From a virus (taxonomy: Duplodnaviria; Caudoviricetes), in the IMG/VR virus record IMGVR_UViG_3300044676_004736, positions 1 to 37,613 of that record: 37,613 nt of DNA, one strand, 5' to 3'. Positions 8,388 through 17,361 of the stretch are shown here, one piece after another. The notes beneath the pieces are model-generated. The model did not search any database. It worked only from the letters and a program-made list of their open reading frames with translations, and was not told the DNA's origin. Position 1 is the first letter of the stretch, and each line of letters starts with the position of its first letter. The translations under genes were made by a program, and so were the position numbers.

Positions 8388-8479
8388 TACTTCTTCCTCT
8401 TAACTTTAGTAGCTGCTTTCTTTGCAGCGGCTTTACCCTTTGTTGTGTAAGGGAATTTCTTTTTACCTACTTTTGGCAT
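8387..8479 (-). CDS. 30-aa Lys/Ala-rich protein MPKVGKKKFPYTTKGKAAAKKAATKVKRKK
   Basis: GAGGAG SD before ATG 8479. Its stop overlaps the next start. Confidence 0.75.
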   Translation of the reverse strand: MPKVGKKKFPYTTKGKAAAKKAATKVKRKK

Positions 8480-8714
8480 TTGTCTCCTCTCTGTTTCTAG
8501 GCACCGCCATTGGAGCGTTAGCAATCGCATCCTGTAATCGCTGTATGAAGGACGTGCCTTGTTTCTTAGGCCTTCCCGGTACCACACGAGGTGCTGCCAT
8601 AGGTGCCTTACGTGCCATATCATCAAGGAATCCCAAGATAGGGTTACGCTTAGGTACAGACGTGGCTCCACCCTGTGCTGCGCTGATTTGTGAAATGATG
8701 CTATAACGTGACAC
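8463..8714 (-). CDS. Basic hypothetical protein with internal repeat (APMAAPR/APMAVPR)
   Basis: Start overlaps the upstream stop; co-oriented with the late block. Confidence 0.65.
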   Translation of the reverse strand: MSRYSIISQISAAQGGATSVPKRNPILGFLDDMARKAPMAAPRVVPGRPKKQGTSFIQRLQDAIANAPMAVPRNREETNAKSR

Positions 8715-8986
8715 TACTTACCTACCATTGGGAATCCAGCAGCGATCGATACGAATACATTGATGATGAACAGGGCGATCGAGGTAACTACACTGACCAT
8801 GGCTGCTGTCTTGCGAGCCTCTGCTCTGCTTCCATCTGCGTGTACTGCTAAGGATTTATCTATCCTGAGTACCGCTGAGACTGTCCCTTCCGTGTTTCCT
8901 TCACCATACATAGAACCGTACATCTGAGCCACTTGCTCTGACATAGTTTGAATTAGTTCTGCTTCTGATGGTGTACGATTGGGCAC
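8714..8986 (-). CDS. Membrane-anchored protein (possible holin/lysis helper)
   Basis: AAGGAG SD, GTG start, single C-terminal hydrophobic helix. Confidence 0.65.
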   Translation of the reverse strand: MPNRTPSEAELIQTMSEQVAQMYGSMYGEGNTEGTVSAVLRIDKSLAVHADGSRAEARKTAAMVSVVTSIALFIINVFVSIAAGFPMVGK

Positions 8987-9035
8987 GTGTCTCCTTTCTT
9001 CTCTTTAAGTATAGCGGGGGGATGGTACATACCAC

Positions 9036-9068
9036 AAACAAAAAGACCGGAGGTGTTCCCCCCGGCCT
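9036..9068 (-). terminator. Intrinsic terminator
   Basis: AGGCCGGGGG-gaaca-CCTCCGGTCT stem followed by TTTTGTTT, downstream of gene 9094-9381. Confidence 0.8.
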
Positions 9069-9093
9069 GATTGATTTGGTGTAGTTAGAGAGA

Positions 9094-9381
9094 CTAGCCC
9101 TCTTCCTCACCCTCAGATTGACCACCTCCTAGTAGCTTCCAGTCTGCGAACAACTTAGCCAACTGTTCCTTGTTCTTTACAAGGGCATCTACAAATGGGG
9201 CACCATCTTCGGCCAGCTTCTGCCTGATCATCAGTGTACCCTGAGTCTGTTTCAACTCACGGATACCTGCACCAAGAGCCTGAACCAAGATGAGCACTTT
9301 CTCTTCCTCTGTCGATTCCAACTCAGTCGGGATGAACTCTGACAACTGATCGATCAACTTCTGCTTCTCTAGCTGAGACAT
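9094..9381 (-). CDS. Hypothetical helical protein
   Basis: AGGAG SD; co-oriented with the late block. Confidence 0.75.
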   Translation of the reverse strand: MSQLEKQKLIDQLSEFIPTELESTEEEKVLILVQALGAGIRELKQTQGTLMIRQKLAEDGAPFVDALVKNKEQLAKLFADWKLLGGGQSEGEEEG

Positions 9382-9383
9382 AC

Positions 9384-9638
9384 TTACTCCTGTGGTATTT
9401 GGTTTAGCTTCCCTAATTTGATTATACGTGCTTCTTTCTTGGAGTGCAACTCCTTGGCCAGTACCTTTCGGGCTTCGGCCTGTTCTACTGCCAGCTTAGT
9501 GGCCACCCCACCTGACGCAATACCAACGATAGCTTCGATAGCTACGGTCTTGATTTGATTCAAAGTAGTACCGGGACAGCACTCTTCAATATCGGCCAGC
9601 AGATCAGGGTCTAGTTGTATGACTATCTGCTTATTCAT
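9384..9638 (-). CDS. Hypothetical protein (start MNKQIVIQ)
   Basis: GGGAG SD before ATG 9638, with a short overlap with the upstream gene. Confidence 0.7.
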   Translation of the reverse strand: MNKQIVIQLDPDLLADIEECCPGTTLNQIKTVAIEAIVGIASGGVATKLAVEQAEARKVLAKELHSKKEARIIKLGKLNQIPQE

Positions 9639-10047
9639 CTGAATCTCCCGCTCCAAGGGTTGGGAAGTATCCGTCCGCTTCCAACTTGGCATAGCAGATT
9701 CGCTTGAATGCGTCGTAAGCGTTCTCCCCATCCTGTGTGGGGGCTGTGAACAACTCGTATGCATCAGCTTCGTTATACAGTACACCCTCACCTGCGACCT
9801 TCACATCTGCAACCGGAGTAACTACTGTGATGAATTCGGTTTCATCTGGTGTAGTCTCAGCATCCACATAAGCTGGGTTAGGTACATTGTTATCTACAAT
9901 ATCGTCTTGGGATTCATATGCACCCCAGAAAACATGCACAGAGTTATTTTCTGCATTAATATTAACTTCTAACACTCGATAAATATCGGCATTAGGAGTG
10001 GGTGATGCTCCTGCGAGTGGAGCCTTATTTTGTAGTTTTCGGGGCAT
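9631..10047 (-). CDS. Acidic protein, probable tail-fibre-associated factor
   Basis: AAGGAG SD; lies downstream of the fibre module. Confidence 0.7.
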   Translation of the reverse strand: MPRKLQNKAPLAGASPTPNADIYRVLEVNINAENNSVHVFWGAYESQDDIVDNNVPNPAYVDAETTPDETEFITVVTPVADVKVAGEGVLYNEADAYELFTAPTQDGENAYDAFKRICYAKLEADGYFPTLGAGDSDE

Positions 10048-10085
10048 TAGTTTCTCCTTTGGTTGATATATTTATTATACTTAAA

Positions 10086-10751
10086 TTACGGGCGTAATTG
10101 TTCACTGGGTTTTGCTAAGAAAGGAACGTCCTCTTCCGGTTTACGTGTAGGTAAACCTAGCATTTTTCTAAGTGTATTTAAAGGCCCAAGTACATTTAAC
10201 ACCTCACCCTGACTACTGCCGGGAGTAAGTGCCTTGGCTCTCCACTGATGAGTTAGTAAATAGCTTTCTGCTTGGTGAGTATTTACATTCTCTGTGTCAA
10301 AATCGGGGTCTTCCTCTACTAGTTCTGCTTTAATCTTAGACCACTCCAACAACTCCTTCATACGCTCTCTAGCGTCCTGTTGTTGCGTAAATCGTACATA
10401 CGTCCATTTGTCTATGTCAATCTGCGCTTGAAGTTTGTCGGGAGTGGTATCTGCACTCTTCAAAGCCTCTTCTGCTCTGAGAATTTTTACTTCATTTTCA
10501 CGGTATTCAAAAGACAGGAAGATAAGTTGAGTGTAGTGAGCATTCTGTTCCCTCACAGCCTGCCAATACTTAGAAGCTGGGGTTGGATGCCGATGGTCAT
10601 TTAGAACTGAGAATCGCATCTCAGTAGGTGTTCTATATCCCTGCACTTTATCTGCTGTGTTTACTAACTCAGCTTTAAGAGTAGCTAAATCTTTTTGCTG
10701 TTGTTCGGTAAGCATTGGATGCTTCTCTGTTAATACTATTTCTTTAGTCAT
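10086..10751 (-). CDS. Coiled-coil hypothetical protein of the adhesin module
   Basis: 221-aa ORF with ATGA overlap; motif RFSVLND.RHPTPASKYWQAVREQ. Confidence 0.8.
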   Translation of the reverse strand: MTKEIVLTEKHPMLTEQQQKDLATLKAELVNTADKVQGYRTPTEMRFSVLNDHRHPTPASKYWQAVREQNAHYTQLIFLSFEYRENEVKILRAEEALKSADTTPDKLQAQIDIDKWTYVRFTQQQDARERMKELLEWSKIKAELVEEDPDFDTENVNTHQAESYLLTHQWRAKALTPGSSQGEVLNVLGPLNTLRKMLGLPTRKPEEDVPFLAKPSEQLRP

Positions 10752-11029
10752 GGTAATTCCTTATACTCTGGTCTTTGCGCTGCTCTTTCAGCTATAAATT
10801 CTGTAGTTCGCTCATCATACATAGTCTGTAGGTCTGCAAGATCACTTGCGTAAACCACGACCGCTTGTTCTCTTGTCATGGCAACTAAGCTATTCCTGAC
10901 TAACCACTCTTGGGCGTAGGGTGTATCAGGCAATATGATGATATGACCTTCGAAGATAGGATCGAAATTCTCTCTGTCTTTAATAGTGAATGCTATTTGA
11001 TGTTCGTCTACGTTTTTTGTGTATATCAT
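10748..11029 (-). CDS. Small protein of the adhesin module
   Basis: Coupled start/stop overlaps on both sides. Confidence 0.7.
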   Translation of the reverse strand: MIYTKNVDEHQIAFTIKDRENFDPIFEGHIIILPDTPYAQEWLVRNSLVAMTREQAVVVYASDLADLQTMYDERTTEFIAERAAQRPEYKELP

Positions 11030-12027
11030 TAACTTGCCTTGTATGCTGTTGTTTCTACACCGGAATTTCCGTATCCAGCCTGTAGGAATCCATTTGTGCC
11101 TGTAGTTGATGAGGTACTGTATACATGGAGATACTTATTTCCCGGCAGATCGGCATCCGAAGCCCATGCTGTGCCATTGTATCGCTGCACAACTTTATAG
11201 CCAGTACCAGACCGCCAACCACCACCGATATATCCTAGTGATGTGCTACCCCATCCTGCCGTGTACCTAACTGCTGTTGTACCTGATCCACCTGTAGACC
11301 ATGTTGATCCATTATACTCAAATGCGGAAGATTGTGCTCCCCCACTGTCTTTAGCACCCATAAGTAAGTGACCAGAGGTGTTATCTCCTACCCATCCTCC
11401 TGTTGCTCTATCTTCACTCATATTTCCACCAGCCGACCAGCTAGTTCCATTGTACTCCTCAGATGTGGTAAGCCTGACTGTAGGACTATATTTTGAACCT
11501 CCTGTTATCATAGCTGTTGTTTGACTTGGCCCACCACCTGAGGTGTATGCTCTTGGTGTACCTAAGGAACCTCCTGTAGACCAACTACTTCCATTGTATT
11601 CGTCACAGTTAGTGATAGCGTTAGAAATATATTGTCGGTATCCACCAGCCCATGCTCCTGCTGTCTGAGTTCCAAAACCAATTCCATTTGAGGAAGGGAT
11701 GCCCGTATATCCACCATTCGACCACGAAGACCCGTTGTACTCTCGGCATAGTCCAGTCTCAAAACCATTGATTTTACCTTTCATAGTTAGAAAGGAAGAC
11801 TTTGAACCACAGCCCATGGCACTTTCCCATTTGTAAACATCGGCTCCTGCTGTAGACCAAGAAAGGTTTGCAACGGCACTTGTACCATTAAAATCAGCAT
11901 GTATTTGTATTTCACCTGATGCTGGAGCGTTACCGTTAGAGTAATATTCGCTCAATGCCGTTGGTGCTGTTCCACCGTATTCAGTTTGGATATCTGCTAG
12001 AGATACTTGTCCTGTACCAATAGCCAT
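11029..12027 (-). CDS. Kelch-like beta-propeller protein, putative receptor-binding adhesin
   Basis: Five clear ~48-aa repeats GG...EYNG(S/T)(S/T/A)W. The N-terminal GQVSLADIQTEYGG...LSEYY segment resembles fibre-tip attachment domains. Confidence 0.8.
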   Translation of the reverse strand: MAIGTGQVSLADIQTEYGGTAPTALSEYYSNGNAPASGEIQIHADFNGTSAVANLSWSTAGADVYKWESAMGCGSKSSFLTMKGKINGFETGLCREYNGSSWSNGGYTGIPSSNGIGFGTQTAGAWAGGYRQYISNAITNCDEYNGSSWSTGGSLGTPRAYTSGGGPSQTTAMITGGSKYSPTVRLTTSEEYNGTSWSAGGNMSEDRATGGWVGDNTSGHLLMGAKDSGGAQSSAFEYNGSTWSTGGSGTTAVRYTAGWGSTSLGYIGGGWRSGTGYKVVQRYNGTAWASDADLPGNKYLHVYSTSSTTGTNGFLQAGYGNSGVETTAYKAS

Positions 12028-14768
12028 TATTCACCTACCTTTTCGGACAAATCCTTCACTGCCTCAATCAAGATTCCAATAAGAGCAGAGTAGTTCACCG
12101 TCTTCATTCCATTTAGGGCATGCTTCTCTACCAACTCTGGGAAGTGTTTCTCTACTTCCTGAGCAATAACACCAATTGATGATCCCTTGTATTCTTTCTT
12201 CCAGTCGAATGTTACACCACGTAGCTTGTTTACCATAGCAATTGGGTCTACAACCGTTTCGATGTTTTCCTTCAAGGCGAGGTCAGATGAGATTGTAGTT
12301 GAGAATGCAATTACGTCACCCTCTACGTGCAAGTCACCGTCTGACTCAAGGCGCATGTCATTAGCCCCACCTACGTACCAGTCAAGTTGGTTAGCCGTAC
12401 CAGAAGCCATGTATGTATCATCATCATCTAAGAAACTATATCCACCGCGAATGAGGGTGTCACCCTCACCAGTTACACGGAACTCTAGCTGGTTGAAAGG
12501 GTTGGTCGTGTTGTTACCAGAATACAGTTCTAATAGATTGAAATTTGCTCTGTCGGAATCTAAGACACCAACCCACAATGGAGTACTTGTGTATGTTGCT
12601 TGGTTTGCAACAATACGCACAACATTGTCGTCCGCTGTATCTGTCACTGTAAGTCGCTTCGTAGCCATACCACTTAACGGCGCACCGATGATGACATCCT
12701 TAGCTACGCCCAATCCCCCGTCAGTGTGGATGGAGCCTGTAACCTCGCTGGTGCTATCTGTGGTGTCGTCTACGGAGATTGCACCAAACGTGTTGATCTC
12801 ATCAACCCCACCATATTCGTGTGTCGAAGCGTGAGCGGCGGGGGAACCAGCAGCAGCCCAAGTTGGGACACCACCAGAGAGAGTGAGCACGTTAGTATCA
12901 GAGCCAGCAGCCAGTTTACTCCAAGTGTTTACGCCTGAACCATAAAGGATATCACCAACCGCAACCGTAGTCTGCCCAGTTCCCCCCGATGTTACACCGA
13001 TGGCACCAGTCACATCTGTGGCAAGGTCAACCTGCCCAACAGTGATAACCTGCCCAGCAATAGTGATGTAGTCATAAGAGCCAGTGAGAGACACATCAGT
13101 CGAGTTGTCAGTACCAGCGGGGTCGACACCCAGCGTGGTCTGCATTGCTCCCTGAGTTGCATCGTCAAGAAGTGTTCTTGCGAACGAAGTCAAGTCTGTG
13201 GTAGCGTATACATCTGAGGCTGTGGTATATACCATCTTGTCCGCAGAAGTAACCAGTGCTGCGATAGAAAGCAGACCAGCATCGTAAGCCTGTACTGAAC
13301 TACCAATGTCCGCAGGTAGTAAGTAACTCTGCAAGTCAGAGATATCAGCCTCAACTACCGTGAGAGTGTTGCTCGCCGTGTTGATTGTCTTGTTTGTCAA
13401 TGTCTGTGTATCTGACGTACCTACTATAGTACCGGCGGGGGGAGTTTTACTTGCCCATGTATCCAGCGTAGCTGAGTAAGCCTGTACTGATACACCGATA
13501 TCTGTAGTGTCTACTACGGTTCCGTCTGAGATAGCTGTGTTCAACTGAGCGAGGGTGAACGAACCAAGAGAGGTTGCGTTACCCACCGAAGTGATAGCAC
13601 CTGTCAAGTTAGCGTTAGTCACTACAGTAACAACACCACCGGCAGTCATGGTGACATCACCTGACAACGCAAACTCCTGTGGTACACCAGATGCATCACC
13701 GATCCACAGCTTTGTGTTGGCGAGGTTAGGCAGAGCGTTCGTGCGTTCCGGCCCGACCTGAATGACACCCAGTGTAGCGTGTGATCGTAGGACTGTGGCA
13801 ATCTTTTGAATCTTAGCAGTGCCAGCGGGGGGAGTGTTCTGTAACGTGTTTCCAGTTGTACCAGTTTCAGATACCCAGAGAGTATCACCTGCACTCCACG
13901 CAGACGTATCAATACCAGTCACTCGACCAGTCTGAGTAGCGTCACCTGTTGCGTTGTTGGCAATGGATGCGTCAGTTACGATTGCGATTCCCGGCATGGT
14001 AGCATCAGCAGTAGCATCAGCCAACTGTACAAGAGGCTTGTCCTGCCCTACACTGTAGCCAGAGATATACACTGCGTCACCAACTGCAATGGTTCCACCT
14101 GATTCGTTGCGAATCTCCACGTGCACTGTATCAGCATGGTTCGTGTTGGTAAATGAGTCGAGTGTTTTGTTTGTGAATGAATGCACAGTGTCTGCACCCA
14201 CGATTGCACCAGATACAGAGGTAGCAGAGAGTGCAGTGAACGTGCCCGCAGCGGCAGAGGCACCCCCGACAACCACAGAATCGAGGGTACCTCCGTCAAT
14301 ATCAGCGGTCAAGACTTGTCCTAAGTCAGACCAAATAGCAGCACTCGCATCGGGGGTTCCTGTTAGCGTTACATCGTTGAGCGTTGCAACAGAGAACGTC
14401 TTGTTGGTGAGCGTCTGGGTTGCACTCTCGAACACAACTGTGTCACTCACACCAGCCAGATCAGGGATAGTGAAGGACACGTCTGCTACTGTCTGAGCAG
14501 TAACGATTAGTTCACCCCTGAACGTGCCTGTGTCGAAGTCGATACCAGTAGACTTGAAGCGAAGTAGTTCAGAACCTGTAAGAGCCACGCCAACTACGCC
14601 ATTAGAGACACGCCAGAACCCTGTACTGTTTTCACTGTCAAACGAGATACCGGGAGCCGCTTCTGAGCCATCGTTAGCTGAGAACGCTACGTCCTGAATC
14701 CACTGGCTTAGACCAAGGGGTGTGTACTCTGGCGGCGGGTTGTTCTGATCAACTCCTGTAAGTGGCAT
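12027..14768 (-). CDS. Tail fibre with C-terminal intramolecular chaperone (peptidase S74 type)
   Basis: Gly/Thr/Ala-rich with TLTNKT repeats. C-terminal SDLALKENI...LRGVTFDWK...GVIAQEVE...VNYSALIGILIEAVKDL. Confidence 0.92.
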   Translation of the reverse strand: MPLTGVDQNNPPPEYTPLGLSQWIQDVAFSANDGSEAAPGISFDSENSTGFWRVSNGVVGVALTGSELLRFKSTGIDFDTGTFRGELIVTAQTVADVSFTIPDLAGVSDTVVFESATQTLTNKTFSVATLNDVTLTGTPDASAAIWSDLGQVLTADIDGGTLDSVVVGGASAAAGTFTALSATSVSGAIVGADTVHSFTNKTLDSFTNTNHADTVHVEIRNESGGTIAVGDAVYISGYSVGQDKPLVQLADATADATMPGIAIVTDASIANNATGDATQTGRVTGIDTSAWSAGDTLWVSETGTTGNTLQNTPPAGTAKIQKIATVLRSHATLGVIQVGPERTNALPNLANTKLWIGDASGVPQEFALSGDVTMTAGGVVTVVTNANLTGAITSVGNATSLGSFTLAQLNTAISDGTVVDTTDIGVSVQAYSATLDTWASKTPPAGTIVGTSDTQTLTNKTINTASNTLTVVEADISDLQSYLLPADIGSSVQAYDAGLLSIAALVTSADKMVYTTASDVYATTDLTSFARTLLDDATQGAMQTTLGVDPAGTDNSTDVSLTGSYDYITIAGQVITVGQVDLATDVTGAIGVTSGGTGQTTVAVGDILYGSGVNTWSKLAAGSDTNVLTLSGGVPTWAAAGSPAAHASTHEYGGVDEINTFGAISVDDTTDSTSEVTGSIHTDGGLGVAKDVIIGAPLSGMATKRLTVTDTADDNVVRIVANQATYTSTPLWVGVLDSDRANFNLLELYSGNNTTNPFNQLEFRVTGEGDTLIRGGYSFLDDDDTYMASGTANQLDWYVGGANDMRLESDGDLHVEGDVIAFSTTISSDLALKENIETVVDPIAMVNKLRGVTFDWKKEYKGSSIGVIAQEVEKHFPELVEKHALNGMKTVNYSALIGILIEAVKDLSEKVGE

Positions 14769-14784
14769 GTGTTCCTCCTATTAG

Positions 14785-16494
14785 TTAGGATAATACCTCA
14801 AGGGCACGTAGTTCAAACGCTCTTGCGGGTTTCCTTCGGGCATCATCAAATGTCTCTACTTCACGAGGCCAGCCGGGGTATACCTGCACTTCTACTGCAT
14901 CATCTAGTCCGTCGTTTCTAGTTAGGTTTGGCACAGTACCAGAGTTAGAAGCCAGCGACCTAAGGAAGTTTGCCTCACCTAGATTGTCAGCATACACAGT
15001 GAAGTTGTACTCCCGACGCACCTCAGGTCTACGCACACCTTCCACCTTCAAGCCACGTAAGTTGAAATACTGAGAAGTGCTGTTACCACTCATGGTGATA
15101 CGTAACTGTATCTCTTTACCTGTCTTGTTCCCCATGTTCACACCCGTATCAGTAGCGACCGCACCCCCAATGTTAACGAAGCTACCACTCTCAGTAACTC
15201 GTGACGCTGGTTGAATGTTTCCCCCCGTACGGTCGACCCTAGTGAGTAGACGGTGGTGAATCTTGTCAACAGTGGGCTCACCGTTGTTCAGGAACATAGT
15301 GTCTATTTGCCAGTCGGTGTTGTACACCGTCCAGTCGTGTAGCTTGAAAGCAGCCCACGAGCCACCGAATGCCACGTACAAATGGGAGTCACCGTTGTAA
15401 GCACTCACTCGTGCCACGTCCACTGTGGAAATACCCCACTTTATGAGCGGACTCCAGACAAATATCCCACGTGCTTTCTCTACACCCTTGTAAGTGTACG
15501 AGTCACTACCCCGTAGCACTGTCACATAGATAGCATCAATGTCAATCGCCACGTCCAGTATAGTGCCTCTGATATCAGACGTTACTGGCACAGCCTGACT
15601 CGTTTCAAACGGGCCGGCAGGTGTCACATCAAATTCGTTGAAGCCTAGGACACGTAGCAGCCACAGGCTGTTACCATCAGAACTCCAAGTCTCCTGCCCC
15701 TCAGTGTCTAGTATCGTACCAGCAGATGTGTTACTCATAAGCTTAGTCTTAGAGTTTAACTCCACTGATACAGGTACTCCGTCCTTGTCATTGTGTATCA
15801 GGTACACGTGGGATGCAGTCTGTGCGAACAAGTACCCAGCCATTACCCAGAGGTTGTTAATGTTTTCAGGCAGTACAATTATGCTGGAGAAGTTGTTAGA
15901 GTCCGGCGTGGAAGAACTATAAATGGTGTCATCACTGGCTATGAACATCTTGTTAGAAGCACCATCAGGCATTGAGGCAATAAGCTGTACGTCACTAGGT
16001 GTGGTGACAGAGACAGTAGAGGACGTGCCCCAACCAGCTTCCTTGTAGAGGCCATTAGACCCACCCGCAATGTACAGACTGGTACCATGTACAGCCCAAG
16101 AGTTGTTCAACGTAACACCGGTCATTTCGGTAGTCTGTGTCACACCATTCCAACTGTACAGATTAGTACTGGTCAGTAGGAATGTGCGTCCGCTGTACGT
16201 ACCAACAGTCTTAGCTGTACCTGAGTAGGCCCCAATGTTAATTCCCCCCGGCCCATGCTTAACTAGGCCAGCTTCCGACAGATCGACACCGTACCCATCA
16301 GCAATACGTAGTTGTGTACCGGGAGCACCCTGCTGTTCACGCAGTAAACCGACACCGAGACTGGCATCGTTCAGGTTGTACTCCACTTCGAGTTCAGTAG
16401 CAGGAGAAGTAACAGACCACAGTTTCCTACTGTCCTGTTGCGCTAATCGATACTTCTCTGTCTGCCCTGAGTGGACAATCTTTACATCTGTCAT
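14785..16494 (-). CDS. Probable tail nozzle / tubular protein B-like (beta-rich)
   Basis: Beta-strand-rich 569 aa between adaptor and fibre; assignment is by synteny. Confidence 0.55.
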   Translation of the reverse strand: MTDVKIVHSGQTEKYRLAQQDSRKLWSVTSPATELEVEYNLNDASLGVGLLREQQGAPGTQLRIADGYGVDLSEAGLVKHGPGGINIGAYSGTAKTVGTYSGRTFLLTSTNLYSWNGVTQTTEMTGVTLNNSWAVHGTSLYIAGGSNGLYKEAGWGTSSTVSVTTPSDVQLIASMPDGASNKMFIASDDTIYSSSTPDSNNFSSIIVLPENINNLWVMAGYLFAQTASHVYLIHNDKDGVPVSVELNSKTKLMSNTSAGTILDTEGQETWSSDGNSLWLLRVLGFNEFDVTPAGPFETSQAVPVTSDIRGTILDVAIDIDAIYVTVLRGSDSYTYKGVEKARGIFVWSPLIKWGISTVDVARVSAYNGDSHLYVAFGGSWAAFKLHDWTVYNTDWQIDTMFLNNGEPTVDKIHHRLLTRVDRTGGNIQPASRVTESGSFVNIGGAVATDTGVNMGNKTGKEIQLRITMSGNSTSQYFNLRGLKVEGVRRPEVRREYNFTVYADNLGEANFLRSLASNSGTVPNLTRNDGLDDAVEVQVYPGWPREVETFDDARRKPARAFELRALEVLS

Positions 16495-17333
16495 GGGGTC
16501 AAGAAGGTCTGATCACTCTCACCAAGTTCAAAACCAAGAGGCTCTCTTATGGCGGGGGGAATCTTCTTGTTGCTCCTTAATAGTCTAGCTGCCTCTTGTG
16601 TCCAGTAATCACGTGCTGAACCTGATCGGCCAGCCACATCTCCCGGTGCTGCTTGTATAGCCTCGTTGAATAGAGAACGAGCAGCGAAGGCAACTAGTAG
16701 TTCTTCATCTTGATCGTCATAGTCTGAGAGGGCAGCGGTCTTTATACCAATCAGCCGCACCGTTCTGCCAGCAGCGGGGAGTGTGTTGAACTTGAGTTTG
16801 TTCGTCTGTCCCGGCACGATCTCCCAGTGTGTGAGAGCCATTGTCTTTTCTGTGTCTTGAGTGTCGACCAATAGTACATCTCGGGGAGCACCATTCGGGT
16901 CTTCAAAAGATGCAGCAGAGATGTCATAAGTATATTGGTCAACGACGATAGTAATTTCATGTTGGGCCTCAAGGAAGATGGTGGGGAAGATGGACTTCCG
17001 CATTCTCTCCACAGCCCTGTCTTTCTGTGCTGCTGAGAACAGTCGGTGCATCGAGTACGCTGTACCATTTGGAATCAACGCCGAGTAGGAACCACGCATA
17101 GACACAGTTGCACCAGATTTAGAGGTAGCGAAGTTCTCTTCACCAGTGGCAGTGACTGAGCCGGCAATGAGGAACGACGTGTTGTACTTGTCAATGAGTT
17201 CATCATCGTCGTACTTAGTCAGTTCCGAATCGATTAGTTCCTGTCCGTCTGCACCATCTGACGTAGTGGTAGACTTGAAGTAGTCTCCAATCTCTTCACT
17301 CAATCGATCTCGAATTGTCTCTACTGTTGCCAT
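16491..17333 (-). CDS. Probable head-tail adaptor
   Basis: GGAGG SD. N-terminal MATVETIRDRL helix and ITIVVDQYTYDI, typical of adaptors; synteny. Confidence 0.6.
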   Translation of the reverse strand: MATVETIRDRLSEEIGDYFKSTTTSDGADGQELIDSELTKYDDDELIDKYNTSFLIAGSVTATGEENFATSKSGATVSMRGSYSALIPNGTAYSMHRLFSAAQKDRAVERMRKSIFPTIFLEAQHEITIVVDQYTYDISAASFEDPNGAPRDVLLVDTQDTEKTMALTHWEIVPGQTNKLKFNTLPAAGRTVRLIGIKTAALSDYDDQDEELLVAFAARSLFNEAIQAAPGDVAGRSGSARDYWTQEAARLLRSNKKIPPAIREPLGFELGESDQTFLTP

Positions 17334-17361
17334 GGTGTCCTCCTACTGTCAAGTATACAGA

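Noticed and set aside
8480-8671. N-terminal extension of ORF 8387-8671
   Set aside because: Overlaps gene 8463-8714; the SD supports a start at 8479.
12187-12834. 215-aa + strand ORF, and similar antisense ORFs across 8085-31590
   Set aside because: Antisense shadows of well-supported minus-strand virion genes.
11029-14768. Diversity-generating retroelement or invertible tail-fibre cassette
   Set aside because: No reverse transcriptase, invertase or template/variable repeat pair was seen.
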